A DNA stretch of 64,000 nucleotides from an uncultured Gammaproteobacteria bacterium (GTDB lineage: Bacteria > Patescibacteriota > Microgenomatia > UBA8517), in the NCBI GenBank assembly GCA_964587425.1, contig CAZPLB010000002.1:102053-166052 (forward strand). Reading direction: 5' to 3'. Under the pieces are notes generated by a model that did not search any database, was not told the origin of the DNA, and worked only from the letters and a program-made list of their open reading frames with translations. Shown here in pieces: positions 37,944-48,407 of this stretch (position 1 is the first letter of the stretch; every line of letters begins with the position of its first letter). The position numbers and the translations under genes are program-made.

Positions 37944-39750
37944 GAAATCAATTATACTAAAAATACTCCTCCCCATACTAATTGTAACCACAGTAATTTA
38001 TCTACCAATCTTCCAAAACCAAAATATCCTGGTAAATAGAGGGAATGATCTAACAGAATTCTTTTGGCCAATTGTCTATTATGTAAGAGAAAGTATCTTC
38101 AAGTATCATCAAATACCGCTCTGGAATAATCTCTTTTTCTCTGGCACTCCACTTTTGCCCGATCCCCAATCACCAATATTTTATTTACCAAACATACTTT
38201 TTTTACTTTTCAAAAATATAGATACAGGATTCATAGTTTCTATATTCCTACATATTTACTTTGCTGCAATAGGCTTCTACTTTCTTGCAAAAAAGGGGTA
38301 TAAATTTTCACAAAGAACTTCCGTCATCCTTGCATGTCTTTACATAGTTCAACCAAAACTTGCAGGTTATATTGAAGCAGGACATTTTGGACTTATCACT
38401 TCCTGGACTTGGCTTCCTCTAACCTATCTTTCAGCTATTTTACTTGCAAAAAAACCAAATATAAAAAGGGCTTTGTTTTTAGCCATTTCACTATCAGCTC
38501 TCTTCTATACTCACATACTAGTATTTGGAATAGCAACAATTTCAGTTATCATTTTACAGATCTTCTTAAGAAGTAAATTAAAGTTTTCCCTCCTCGCCTT
38601 CATATTCCTATTTCTTTTCATAACCCCAACATTATTTCCACAAATTGCATGGCAAAAAGATACAACAAGATCTCTATTGCTAATTAGTCCTGATGTATAT
38701 CCCAAATGGTTAGGGATAAAAGATTTCTTGAGATCAACACTATTTTTGAATTTGGAAACTGAAAAAACCATAGCCCTAGGTTTTTTCACCTCAATACTTG
38801 CAGTAATTGGCTTTTTCAAACTTAAGCCTAAGCACAGATTAGTCACTGCGATATTAATAGTCTCAATCATAATCATCTCAATGAACAACTCTTCTCCAAT
38901 TTATGAAATTTTAATAAAACAAAATTGGTACATCCTTCTTCGTGTTTCCACACGGTTCTGGTTCATGATAATCTTTATTGTCCTTTACCTTGCAGGCCTT
39001 GCTCTTGAAAAACTGAATAAAAAACTAATAATTAAACTTATAGCTACTCTTGCTTTTGTTGAGCTATTACTCTCTTCTTGGACTTTAATAAAAAAACCAA
39101 TAAAGCCAAACGAACTTCTCGCACCAAAAGAGGTGTACGAATTTTTAAGCAGTGATAAAGATCGTTTTCGAGTCTTTTGCTTAAATAGATGTCTCTCTCA
39201 AAAAGAGGCAGCCATATATAACTTGGAGTTAGCAGATGGATATGGAACTTTACAACAGAAAAACTACTATGACTACTCACAACAATTATCTCAAAACTAC
39301 TATCGAGATAGATACACACTCTCCATCCCTCCATTTGAAATTTTTCTATATGAAAAACTTCAACCTTATTCACCAGCCCTCGCTGCCTATAGAATAAAAT
39401 ATATAATTTCTGACCACAAACTCAAAGACAAAAATCTTATACCCGTAAAAACAATAGACACACTAATAATTTATAAAAATGAATTATTCAAAAATCCAAA
39501 CTATATAACATATACCCCAAATTTTATTAAGGTGAGAGTTACATCACAAAATTCGAATAAACTTATAATTCCAGAGGTATACAACAAAAATTGGGTTGCA
39601 TATCTTAATGGCATTACAAAAGTCGAAGTAAAAGAAACAGCGGAAAAAACCAGATATGTTGATATCAATGAAGATACAGAATTTGTAGACTTTAAATATG
39701 TACCTTGGAAGTTTCCAGAAGCGATTTTTTCATTTAACCAACTGTACTAA
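37942..39750 (+). CDS. YfhO-family GT-C membrane protein
   Basis: ND....F.P, PLWN...FSG.PL..D.Q...FY, GH, R...RF, C-terminal Y.PN...V, Y...W.A..NG. Confidence 0.85.
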   Translation: MKSIILKILLPILIVTTVIYLPIFQNQNILVNRGNDLTEFFWPIVYYVRESIFKYHQIPLWNNLFFSGTPLLPDPQSPIFYLPNILFLLFKNIDTGFIVSIFLHIYFAAIGFYFLAKKGYKFSQRTSVILACLYIVQPKLAGYIEAGHFGLITSWTWLPLTYLSAILLAKKPNIKRALFLAISLSALFYTHILVFGIATISVIILQIFLRSKLKFSLLAFIFLFLFITPTLFPQIAWQKDTTRSLLLISPDVYPKWLGIKDFLRSTLFLNLETEKTIALGFFTSILAVIGFFKLKPKHRLVTAILIVSIIIISMNNSSPIYEILIKQNWYILLRVSTRFWFMIIFIVLYLAGLALEKLNKKLIIKLIATLAFVELLLSSWTLIKKPIKPNELLAPKEVYEFLSSDKDRFRVFCLNRCLSQKEAAIYNLELADGYGTLQQKNYYDYSQQLSQNYYRDRYTLSIPPFEIFLYEKLQPYSPALAAYRIKYIISDHKLKDKNLIPVKTIDTLIIYKNELFKNPNYITYTPNFIKVRVTSQNSNKLIIPEVYNKNWVAYLNGITKVEVKETAEKTRYVDINEDTEFVDFKYVPWKFPEAIFSFNQLY

Positions 39751-39852
39751 AACACCAGCAATTAAAAAAAACAATGAATAGTCAGCAAAAACGGGAGAAA
39801 AAATAGAAAAACTAAAAGTGATAAATGCAATCAAGAAAAATATTTTCGCCAT
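39730..39852 (-). CDS. small two-TM membrane protein (40 aa, below ORF-track cutoff)
   Basis: manual translation MAKIFFLIAFITFSFSIFSPVFADYSLFFLIAGVLVQLVK-TGA; start overlaps the end of the 948-aa gene; resembles the 37779-37943 protein. Confidence 0.55.
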   Translation of the reverse strand: MAKIFFLIAFITFSFSIFSPVFADYSLFFLIAGVLVQLVK

Positions 39853-42677
39853 AATCTTACTCCTACTATAATACAGCTCCCTATTGAAAGAGCCGATATC
39901 ACAAGACCAGCAACATATATGTCTTGTGGTCTGTAATATACTGTCAACTTCTGGCTACCTCGCCCACCAGTAACATACCATCCATTCGCGTAGCCATTAG
40001 AAGAAAAGTGACCTTGAATCTTAAAAATATCGTCAGATACTAGCTGCCAATCTTTAGAAAAATTATCTAAAAAGACAAGGAAGTATCCCTCTCCACCCTT
40101 CTCAACTGTTACTTCGTATTTTACTGGGTTAATGCGCTTGTACTCTAAAGCAGGCACTTTTTCGATTTCCTTTGCTTCCTCGAAAATAAATACCCTTGAG
40201 TCAAAAATTTTAGTAATTCTCACATTTTTAAAATAACTGATGCTCGCCGGATCACTCTCCTTTGGTAGGGTAATCAATATATCGAGTTTTGAAGGAACAT
40301 CTATTGTGTTAACAACAAAACTCTGTGACTCAAAACCACCATTTTTCTTCAAATAGATATTTGAGTTTCCAATAAGATCAGAAGGAGTGTACTGAATCGC
40401 TTCAAAAAGCGGAGGGTTGCCGCTGCCATACTTGTAGTCAAAACTAATAACATAGTCTGAATATGGATCAAAAAAATGATCGCGCATTGAGAAAACTAAA
40501 GCATTTTTCCTTAATGTACTACTTTGGTAATTTAAATTATCACGGAGCAGCAAAGTCTTCACCGGAACACTTACGACAACTATGTGACGTCCTTCATTAA
40601 TCAAAACCTTTTTAAAGATAATTGATTCATCTGTATCTTCAATTGTTGTTTTTATCAACTTACCATCCAAAGTTACACTAATTTCTTCGTCCCCAAACCC
40701 ACCTTTCTCTATTGCTAAATTAAAAATTCCTCTATGTGGCATTTCAAAACTATATCTTTGTGAACTAGATTGAGCCAAACTCTCCTTTTTCGCCTCCAAA
40801 ATTACAGGAAGGTAAGGAGCTCCGTACGAAGCTCGAGCTTTTTCCACCTCCGAATCGTTACTATCTACAACTAAAGTATCTGCTTTTAAAAATTTAGATG
40901 CGCCAGCAAGTGAAACATTTCCAGATAAATTCATGTAAACTCTTTTTGGAATAAAAATCCTGCGTCCAGTCTGTGATAAATCCTTATTAACTATGAAACT
41001 CCATTGCCCAAAATTATTGATTTCAAATCTAGGGTCCTTCCCATCAAAAGTAACAATAGGCACGCTTGTGTCTGCATCGTTTTTAACAAATAACGTATCT
41101 GCCGAAAAGAAGGGTAGCATAGAAAAAGCTGAGTTAAAGTGTCCCTGCCTTAAACTTACGTAAAACTCCTTTAAGTAAGCATCAACAAAACTATTTGAGT
41201 CAACTAAATTTGGTCCAACGAGAGGCACATCGCTAAGTAGTCCAAGTATCGACTCAACTCCTCGATAACCCCATTTAAACTTTTCGATTTCATCATCTGG
41301 ATATGAGATTATCCTATTGTCACTAGCTTTATATCTTTTAGTTAGCCAAGCCTTTGCACTCCAAACATAAGGTGGAAACTTGATATAGAACCCGTCCTTT
41401 CTTGAAGGTCTAAATATTTTTCCGGTTACCAAAGGGTATGTATAAATCAAGTTACCAAAAACAAATAGAACAAATAAAAAAGACAGTAATTTCTTTGGTC
41501 TTACATACTTCAATAAACTATATTCTGAGAGAAGCAATATCAAACCAGCTATTGAAAGGGTTGCAAAAGGTGTAAATATATACCAGGGACTTCTAAAAAA
41601 AGAGAAAAAGGGAACGTGTTTAGCTAAAAAAGTATAGATAAATCCAGTCGGGGTATGAGTCCCAATCCCCAAAACTATTCCCAATACAAAAAGAGTGCCA
41701 AAAAAACGATATAAATTTTTTCTCTCCCTGTTTTGAATAGCAAGCGACAAAATGGCAAGAAGAGGTATTAGTACACTAAAAACAACGAAGGGCAAGTTCC
41801 ATAAATAATTAGCAGCATATGGCAAGTACTCCGGCTCTCGGGTTGAATCTGCAAATACATACCAATCCCAAGCGCCTTGCAATCTCATCACATTAAACGC
41901 ACTTGTCTTTTTAGATAAATCGTCAATCCAATTAACATACCCTATATCAGACAAACTATTAACAGGTTTACTGCCGAAAATTAAAAAGTTAACAGTCGGC
42001 AAAATCCAAAAGATATTTACTAAAAACATAATCAGAAGTAATATACTGCCACGCTTTATTGTTTTAGGATGAAAAAGAAGGTACAAAACAATAACTAATA
42101 TTATTGTAACAAAATATGCAGGATTTATTCCAGAACCTGAGATTAGAACAGAAATGAGGGTGCTAAAGAAAACAAACTTACCAATGGAAATCTTATTTAA
42201 ATTTACATTTATCAAGAGAGCAAGGACTGCTGGCAAACCAACTGCAACAGCAAGATTTGATACCTTTACGTTTTCCCATGTATTAAAAAGGTATGTATTA
42301 AAAACGTACAAAGAAACAAACGTCAATTGAGCTAGTTTATTTTTTGTCAAAACCCGAGCTAAGACAAAACTCGAGATAACTATGGCCGCAAACCAAAAAA
42401 CTAGACTAAAAATTTCTGTAAATTTCAGACCAAGACCGAGAGAAAAAGGTATTACCTGAATTAAATGGAAAAAAATACCTGCAGTAGATGATGAAAAATT
42501 GCTCCCTGCATTAAAAATATCTGTCCAAACGAAAAACCTCCTCAAAAACCACGTAATCGGAGATAATGGAAAATTAGTATCAACTCCATCTATTAAAACG
42601 GCACCTTTCCCTAAAAACCAGGCCAAAGGAGTAACGCACAAAATGAAAATTATTATATAGTTAAAACGTTTCTTCAT
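39831..42677 (-). CDS. large GT-C-like membrane protein (AftD/YfhO-like) with extracellular beta domains
   Basis: DG.D..FP after TM1, N..RL.G.W, FRSP, C-terminal INP.KY.V, NGYANGW, terminal TM. Confidence 0.8.
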   Translation of the reverse strand: MKKRFNYIIIFILCVTPLAWFLGKGAVLIDGVDTNFPLSPITWFLRRFFVWTDIFNAGSNFSSSTAGIFFHLIQVIPFSLGLGLKFTEIFSLVFWFAAIVISSFVLARVLTKNKLAQLTFVSLYVFNTYLFNTWENVKVSNLAVAVGLPAVLALLINVNLNKISIGKFVFFSTLISVLISGSGINPAYFVTIILVIVLYLLFHPKTIKRGSILLLIMFLVNIFWILPTVNFLIFGSKPVNSLSDIGYVNWIDDLSKKTSAFNVMRLQGAWDWYVFADSTREPEYLPYAANYLWNLPFVVFSVLIPLLAILSLAIQNRERKNLYRFFGTLFVLGIVLGIGTHTPTGFIYTFLAKHVPFFSFFRSPWYIFTPFATLSIAGLILLLSEYSLLKYVRPKKLLSFLFVLFVFGNLIYTYPLVTGKIFRPSRKDGFYIKFPPYVWSAKAWLTKRYKASDNRIISYPDDEIEKFKWGYRGVESILGLLSDVPLVGPNLVDSNSFVDAYLKEFYVSLRQGHFNSAFSMLPFFSADTLFVKNDADTSVPIVTFDGKDPRFEINNFGQWSFIVNKDLSQTGRRIFIPKRVYMNLSGNVSLAGASKFLKADTLVVDSNDSEVEKARASYGAPYLPVILEAKKESLAQSSSQRYSFEMPHRGIFNLAIEKGGFGDEEISVTLDGKLIKTTIEDTDESIIFKKVLINEGRHIVVVSVPVKTLLLRDNLNYQSSTLRKNALVFSMRDHFFDPYSDYVISFDYKYGSGNPPLFEAIQYTPSDLIGNSNIYLKKNGGFESQSFVVNTIDVPSKLDILITLPKESDPASISYFKNVRITKIFDSRVFIFEEAKEIEKVPALEYKRINPVKYEVTVEKGGEGYFLVFLDNFSKDWQLVSDDIFKIQGHFSSNGYANGWYVTGGRGSQKLTVYYRPQDIYVAGLVISALSIGSCIIVGVRLWRKYFS

Positions 42678-44300
42678 CTATTTTTCCTCTAACTTCAAAC
42701 GAATCTCATCGCTAACATCTTTTATTGCAAACTTCTCTCCATCCCATCGGAATGCAATGACATCGCTTGCTGTAAAATAATGGTTTGAATAATCCGATTT
42801 CATTTTTTCAAAATCGTAATAATATCCAAAACCAAAATCATCAATCTTTCGATAACCTTCTTCTGTAATTTCCCATAGAAAGAAATCTTTATAAAAAGAA
42901 ACAGGAATCTTTTGTCTCTGTGAATAAGTAACCAATAACATATTTCCAACCCCTGATTGAAAAGGCAATATTTCAACCGGCAGATTCCAGTACTTCAGGT
43001 TACTATCTGTATATATCACTGTATTCTTACCCAGAGTAGGATAATTATCGACAACAAACCCCAAAATATTCTTCCTCAACTCCCCCAAATAAACTGCATC
43101 ATTAATTGTCTTCAAGAGGAAAAATGTGTGACCTATAATTAAAAAGGAGAAAATAACCGCAAACAATAGCCTCTTTTTAGTACTCATATACCAAAAAGAA
43201 ATTGCAATCGCAAACATAAAAGTTGTTGGGTATAAAAACCTTGAATCAAGATGGGTATAGAATTTTCTAACTAGAAGTGCCGGAATAGTAGAAAGAATTA
43301 TTCCCATAATTGCCAGCGCAAAATATTTAGATTTCTTGCTTTTTATATAAACCCAAATAGATGCCAAGAGTACTGATAAACCCAATGTAAAAGTCAATAA
43401 ATCATAAGCAATTATTTCCAAAAATTGCCACGGTTTGGCGAAATGAAATGAAAAATCTGGATGATTATTAGCAAATGATCTAGATAAACTAATTAAAAGA
43501 TCGTTTGGCAGAAGATCCTGGGCAAAAACTTTAACAGGGGCAGTCAAAAAATTATAGATAATAGTATGGACAAAACTATCTTTTGACACATTAATAGCTG
43601 AAGACATACCGACAACCGATGTCCCAGATGAAAAATCAGTCAACCTAAGTAATCCATACACTACAAAAACAAAGACTGCTAGAATAACCTCCTTTTTGGG
43701 AAAATTTTTAATTTTATTTGAATAAAAATAGAAAACAAAAAGAGGAATAAAAAAGATTATTGTCTCCTTAAAAAGTAGGCCGATTACAAAGCTTGTTAGG
43801 CTAACCACAAAAAATCTGAAACTTCTCTTTTCAAAGTAGTATGTTAAGAAAATAAAAGAAATAATTCCAAAAAAGAGAGACCATTGTGTTCCCTCAAACG
43901 TTCCAATCCAGGTGACAGCCTGATGATGGCTGCTATTAACAACAAAAAATAAAGCACCTAAAAAAGAGGCAAACCTATTTTTTGATAAACGATAAATCAA
44001 AAAATATACTGCAAGGCTATTAAATATATGACCCGCCATACTGGCCATAAAATATGGCGCTGTGGTTAACCCCCAATGCCTATAAATATTAAATTTAAAA
44101 AGAAGAGAAAGTGGAGTAAAGTGTGTTACTGACCCGCCTGAGAATACATTTCTCCAAAAATCATGAGAGGAAAGAGACAAAAGGTAATTATAAAAACTAA
44201 AGGTATGCCATTCATCCTGTTCAAAAAAACTTCCCGGCAATCTCCAATATAAGATTAAAACAACAACAACTAGTAAAAGTATTGGTATAATTTTTTTCAT
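42678..44300 (-). CDS. GT-C-like membrane protein
   Basis: FFEQDEW, F.PL, H..N, AV.WI, L.KE, RFLY. Confidence 0.8.
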   Translation of the reverse strand: MKKIIPILLLVVVVLILYWRLPGSFFEQDEWHTFSFYNYLLSLSSHDFWRNVFSGGSVTHFTPLSLLFKFNIYRHWGLTTAPYFMASMAGHIFNSLAVYFLIYRLSKNRFASFLGALFFVVNSSHHQAVTWIGTFEGTQWSLFFGIISFIFLTYYFEKRSFRFFVVSLTSFVIGLLFKETIIFFIPLFVFYFYSNKIKNFPKKEVILAVFVFVVYGLLRLTDFSSGTSVVGMSSAINVSKDSFVHTIIYNFLTAPVKVFAQDLLPNDLLISLSRSFANNHPDFSFHFAKPWQFLEIIAYDLLTFTLGLSVLLASIWVYIKSKKSKYFALAIMGIILSTIPALLVRKFYTHLDSRFLYPTTFMFAIAISFWYMSTKKRLLFAVIFSFLIIGHTFFLLKTINDAVYLGELRKNILGFVVDNYPTLGKNTVIYTDSNLKYWNLPVEILPFQSGVGNMLLVTYSQRQKIPVSFYKDFFLWEITEEGYRKIDDFGFGYYYDFEKMKSDYSNHYFTASDVIAFRWDGEKFAIKDVSDEIRLKLEEK

Positions 44301-45001
44301 ATTTTTTGAGCTACTGCAATAATATACGAAGAGTGTTTTTTATCTATCAAGTTTAATAATTTAGAAATGGGGGTAGGTATTGGATAAAAACCAGTTCCAC
44401 GGCTTTCAATAACACGAAATCCATACGCTTTAAGCAGTCTCTCTAAAGAAAGCGCTGTCATAACATTTAGATGAGGGTTCATCGGAATTTTATCTTTGAA
44501 AAATTTTCCATTTGGTCTTGGGCTTATAGCATAAAACCTAGAAAGATACGGACCAGTGTATGGTTGGTTCCCCAAGAAAAGCGCCAATATATTGTGCCAT
44601 GCAGCCAAATTTTCCGTTGATATTATTATCTTTCCCTTTTTAACTAACACTCTCTTTGCTTCTGAGAAAAAGTTATCCAAATCAACTAAGTGTTCGACCA
44701 CCTCAGTCGCAGTAATTATATCTACCTGATTACTCCCCACCTTCCATTTCCCATTTAAATCAAATTGCAAAACTTTCAAACCATTTTTCTTAGCTAATTT
44801 TGCTCTCTGACCAACACTCTCTACTCCCAGAACCTTTTCTGTGCCTATTCTTTCTGCTCGAAGAACAGTTTTTTCTCCGCTATCGCACCCGCAATCTACA
44901 TATCTAAGATTCCCTCTTGGCAGAAAATCAAAAACAGCACTCTCTATCTCCTTCCCCGCAACATCCCCTAAAAATTTTATGTATCTTGGTAATAAACTCA
45001 T
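44297..45001 (-). CDS. class I SAM-dependent methyltransferase
   Basis: VDCGCDSG, DLN, EVVEHL, RVL..KG..IIST.N. Confidence 0.88.
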   Translation of the reverse strand: MSLLPRYIKFLGDVAGKEIESAVFDFLPRGNLRYVDCGCDSGEKTVLRAERIGTEKVLGVESVGQRAKLAKKNGLKVLQFDLNGKWKVGSNQVDIITATEVVEHLVDLDNFFSEAKRVLVKKGKIIISTENLAAWHNILALFLGNQPYTGPYLSRFYAISPRPNGKFFKDKIPMNPHLNVMTALSLERLLKAYGFRVIESRGTGFYPIPTPISKLLNLIDKKHSSYIIAVAQKI

Positions 45002-45969
45002 TTTTCAATAATTCGTCTTATAAAAACAATTGTATATGTCCCAACCGACAAAAATGCCATCAAAGGGTGAAGTAGCCAGGCTTTTTCTCGGGTCTTACTA
45101 AAATTGTACACACCCTCAATTGCAGGACCAATAAAGGTCAAACAATAGAGATAAGAAAAAAGCATTCTCTGTTTCGACACTCCTTCAAGCCAAGTTTTAC
45201 GTTTTTCATCTTTTCTATTCAAAAACTTATTTCCAATCTTTAATCTTTTTCCAACAAAGTCCCAGATAGATTCAATATGATAGTGATATATTCCATAACC
45301 TTCTACTCTTGCAAATCTATTGTAGCCCTCTTGCAATATATAATAAGAAAAATTGGATTCCTCAAATTTTGGTTTATACATTCCAACTTTCTTAATTATT
45401 TTTTTGTTCCACAAAAAACCATTTGCTCCAAGCGGGTAAGCGCTTTTTCCAGGAATCGTATATTCGATATATCCATTCTTTTTTTTTCTTTTTAGACTTG
45501 CAGCTATGGCGCGAGAAAACGGATCAGCAATGTGTGCGAGCATGCTGTACTTATTGAAAATGTTATCGTTTTTAGATGGAAAATAGAAAGACTCAACTCC
45601 AAATAGTGTCGAATCACTAACCAAGGGCTTAACCATTTTAAGAAGCCAATCCTTTTTGATAATCTCATTATCTGAATCCATCAATACAACAATGTCTCCC
45701 TTTGACCTTTGTATTCCCAAAGATTTTCCACTTTCCTGATCTACAAATTTATTTTTAATTATTTTTGCACGATATTTTTTTGCAATCTTGAATGTGTCAT
45801 CTGTAGACCCTCCGTCGGGAAGGATTATTTCATATTTATTTTTCGGATACTGCTGGCGTCTTATGCTACCAAGACATAATTCCAAATACTTCTGGGCATT
45901 GAGTGTGGGAACAATAAAAGTTACAAAAGGTTGATTCTTAATTTTGCGCATAGGTTTAAGGTCATTCAA
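44998..45969 (-). CDS. GT2 glycosyltransferase
   Basis: IVPTLN, DGGSTD.T, MDSDNE. Confidence 0.9.
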   Translation of the reverse strand: MNDLKPMRKIKNQPFVTFIVPTLNAQKYLELCLGSIRRQQYPKNKYEIILPDGGSTDDTFKIAKKYRAKIIKNKFVDQESGKSLGIQRSKGDIVVLMDSDNEIIKKDWLLKMVKPLVSDSTLFGVESFYFPSKNDNIFNKYSMLAHIADPFSRAIAASLKRKKKNGYIEYTIPGKSAYPLGANGFLWNKKIIKKVGMYKPKFEESNFSYYILQEGYNRFARVEGYGIYHYHIESIWDFVGKRLKIGNKFLNRKDEKRKTWLEGVSKQRMLFSYLYCLTFIGPAIEGVYNFSKTREKAWLLHPLMAFLSVGTYTIVFIRRIIEK

Positions 45970-46004
45970 ATTAACGGGTCAATTCTAACATTTATGACAT
46001 CAAC

Positions 46005-48407
46005 TTAATATATATTAATATTGCCGGGTATTTGAACCCCTTTCAGTTTTATCTTTGTAATATTAGTTCCACCTGCAGGGACTATAACTTTATAATTCCT
46101 GATAATGTTGTCATACACTAAATCAATTTTTGCGTCATTCTCAGTTTGCCATGCATCATGTTTATTACTCCACCAATAAACCTGTATTTTGCCAACTCTT
46201 CCAATACCATTAATAATGTTCATATACGAGTCGAGTCCGCCAACCTCCAGAAATGGCCAATTCAGAAATCGCTCTGCATCATTAATTTTAATTCCGGCGT
46301 AAATAGACTGAATAACCCACAGTTCACCAATAGTGGGAGAATCATTATTGAATGTTTTTTCAAAAGTTAGCCGCAAGAACTTTGTATTCATGCTGGGAAA
46401 AGAAATCTCTTGGACAACATCGCGATTAACCTTACTGCTAATTGTATAATTTTCAACTAATTTCCATTTCACTCCATCCTCTGAATTCTCAAGAAAAAAC
46501 TTTGTCGGTGTATGGTCTGGAAATCCATTAACCCATGCAATCCTGTTAACAACCTCTTTCTTTGCCATTTCTATTGTTATAGTCTCTGGTTTCTTAATCC
46601 AGAGAAGTCTATCTCCTTGCCATATTGTTTCTGGATCGCCGTCAATTAAATTACCAACAATTCTGTCCTGCCACTCGCTTCCTACACTGAATTTTGTTGT
46701 CTTTCTAAATGTGTCCTTTGCTTTTTTATATTCAAAAACCAAATTGTTAAGTACTATATTTCCACCAACTCGGCTAGCTATGGTTAGATAGTCATGAGAT
46801 AAAAGTGGGAAATCAGCTTTCGTAAATCTATATATTGTCGCAGAAAGTCTGAAATTAAATTCGACCGGAGAAACACTTACAACAGGATTCTTTAAGGGAA
46901 TCTCCAGTTCCGGTGCACTCCACACAGTACCTGAATTTTCGTGCGACATTTGTAGCCGAGAAGCCATTGGCGAAGAAACAAAAACATCAAGCTGTGAACC
47001 AGACTCTGTAAAAAGTTTTCTCGTATCCACAAGTTCTCCTTTCTTGTAAAAAAAAGTATAAAGATTACCATTTTTCCACTTATCATCTGACCTTGCCTCA
47101 ATTAAACATTTATAATCGCTGCACATCTTTATTTCATATCTATCAACACCATATCTCCATGCAATAGCCGTCTCCTCTGGCATCTGGGCAACCGAAAAAG
47201 CATCATCAAAATGACTTCTGGAATCCTCAGCCAAATCAAAATAAAAGATATCTCCCTTTTTAACATTTGGCACATCTTTCTTAAGCTGTTCATAAAAAGA
47301 GATCACTGGCTCACTTCTACTTTTAACTATCCTATTCAGATATAAAAATCCAAAAATCAAATTTCCAACACCCCAGAGGATTATTAGAACTTTCAATACT
47401 CGGTTTCTATATGTGCTAAACAGAAAACCAAATAGTAAAACAATAGGAAGAAATGAGTGAGCAAGATACCTATGATCTGTTGCATGAATAAAATCAGGGT
47501 TATATGCTGAATATGAAAAAATATTTACCAAAATCCATAAAAGCAGAAAAAATACCATCCGTCTTCTTATCAAAAACAACACTATGACAATTATTAAAAC
47601 CGCAGCAATAAGAAAATTTCCATTCATCTTTAACCAATCTGGAAAGAAAACATTGCCTGTACTAATTAAAAATCCTTTCATAGCACTAATATTTCCCTTA
47701 AGTATTTCCTTTACAAGAAAAAGTATTCCATTACTCCTTGGATCTGCCGGCAGAAGAAAGTGTTGGTAAAATAAAAGTAAAAATGGTAAAAGTCTTAGGA
47801 TAGAATATAAAATCTTTCTTGGCGAGAAAAGAAAAATGACCTCAAACAAGAATGGAACAAAAACTAAGTAAGCAGTTCGCGACATCACAAACTCAATAGA
47901 CAAAAAATAAAAGGCTAAAGCCAAAAAGTAGAATATTAATTTTTTCTTTTTGTAAAATTTCCAATAAAAATAAAAAAGAAACGAAGCCAAGATTATACTA
48001 ATACTTGTTGGAACACTATTATAGAGTCTTACAAATCCATCAGCAGCAATGTAGCCACAAGCAAAAAGAAACGAAGCAACTTTCGCAGCCCTGCTTCCTA
48101 TGACATAACTTGAAACTTTGTAAATAGATACTGTCGCTAAAAAATAAAAAAAGATTGCGTATGAAAAATAGGCAACTGTATTAAATTTGAAAAGAAGATA
48201 AATTGGGTAATAATAAAAAGCTATATATTTATAAATGTACTCTCCAAATAAGCCTCTACCCAAATACCCAGCCTGCTCTTGAATATGGGCAAGTTTGAAA
48301 AATAAAGCATTATCATCCTGCCACACATACATCTTTGTAAGCTGTCCATATGAAATTAATACTATTAAAAGTAAAAATATCCAATATCTTTTAAATATTG
48401 TCTTCAT
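46005..48407 (-). CDS. GT-C-like membrane protein with C-terminal discoidin/F5-8 (CBM32-like) domain
   Basis: WQDD, multi-TM, RYL; NLIDGDPET.W, P..F.LE.SEDG..W, T.FLRL..IGEL. Confidence 0.78.
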   Translation of the reverse strand: MKTIFKRYWIFLLLIVLISYGQLTKMYVWQDDNALFFKLAHIQEQAGYLGRGLFGEYIYKYIAFYYYPIYLLFKFNTVAYFSYAIFFYFLATVSIYKVSSYVIGSRAAKVASFLFACGYIAADGFVRLYNSVPTSISIILASFLFYFYWKFYKKKKLIFYFLALAFYFLSIEFVMSRTAYLVFVPFLFEVIFLFSPRKILYSILRLLPFLLLFYQHFLLPADPRSNGILFLVKEILKGNISAMKGFLISTGNVFFPDWLKMNGNFLIAAVLIIVIVLFLIRRRMVFFLLLWILVNIFSYSAYNPDFIHATDHRYLAHSFLPIVLLFGFLFSTYRNRVLKVLIILWGVGNLIFGFLYLNRIVKSRSEPVISFYEQLKKDVPNVKKGDIFYFDLAEDSRSHFDDAFSVAQMPEETAIAWRYGVDRYEIKMCSDYKCLIEARSDDKWKNGNLYTFFYKKGELVDTRKLFTESGSQLDVFVSSPMASRLQMSHENSGTVWSAPELEIPLKNPVVSVSPVEFNFRLSATIYRFTKADFPLLSHDYLTIASRVGGNIVLNNLVFEYKKAKDTFRKTTKFSVGSEWQDRIVGNLIDGDPETIWQGDRLLWIKKPETITIEMAKKEVVNRIAWVNGFPDHTPTKFFLENSEDGVKWKLVENYTISSKVNRDVVQEISFPSMNTKFLRLTFEKTFNNDSPTIGELWVIQSIYAGIKINDAERFLNWPFLEVGGLDSYMNIINGIGRVGKIQVYWWSNKHDAWQTENDAKIDLVYDNIIRNYKVIVPAGGTNITKIKLKGVQIPGNINIY

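Noticed and set aside
39692-39733. Tiny minus-strand ORF MKKSLLETSKVHI coupled by ATGA to the 40-aa gene, possibly a relic of a gene start
   Set aside because: Only 13 codons and antisense to YfhO; cannot be told from chance
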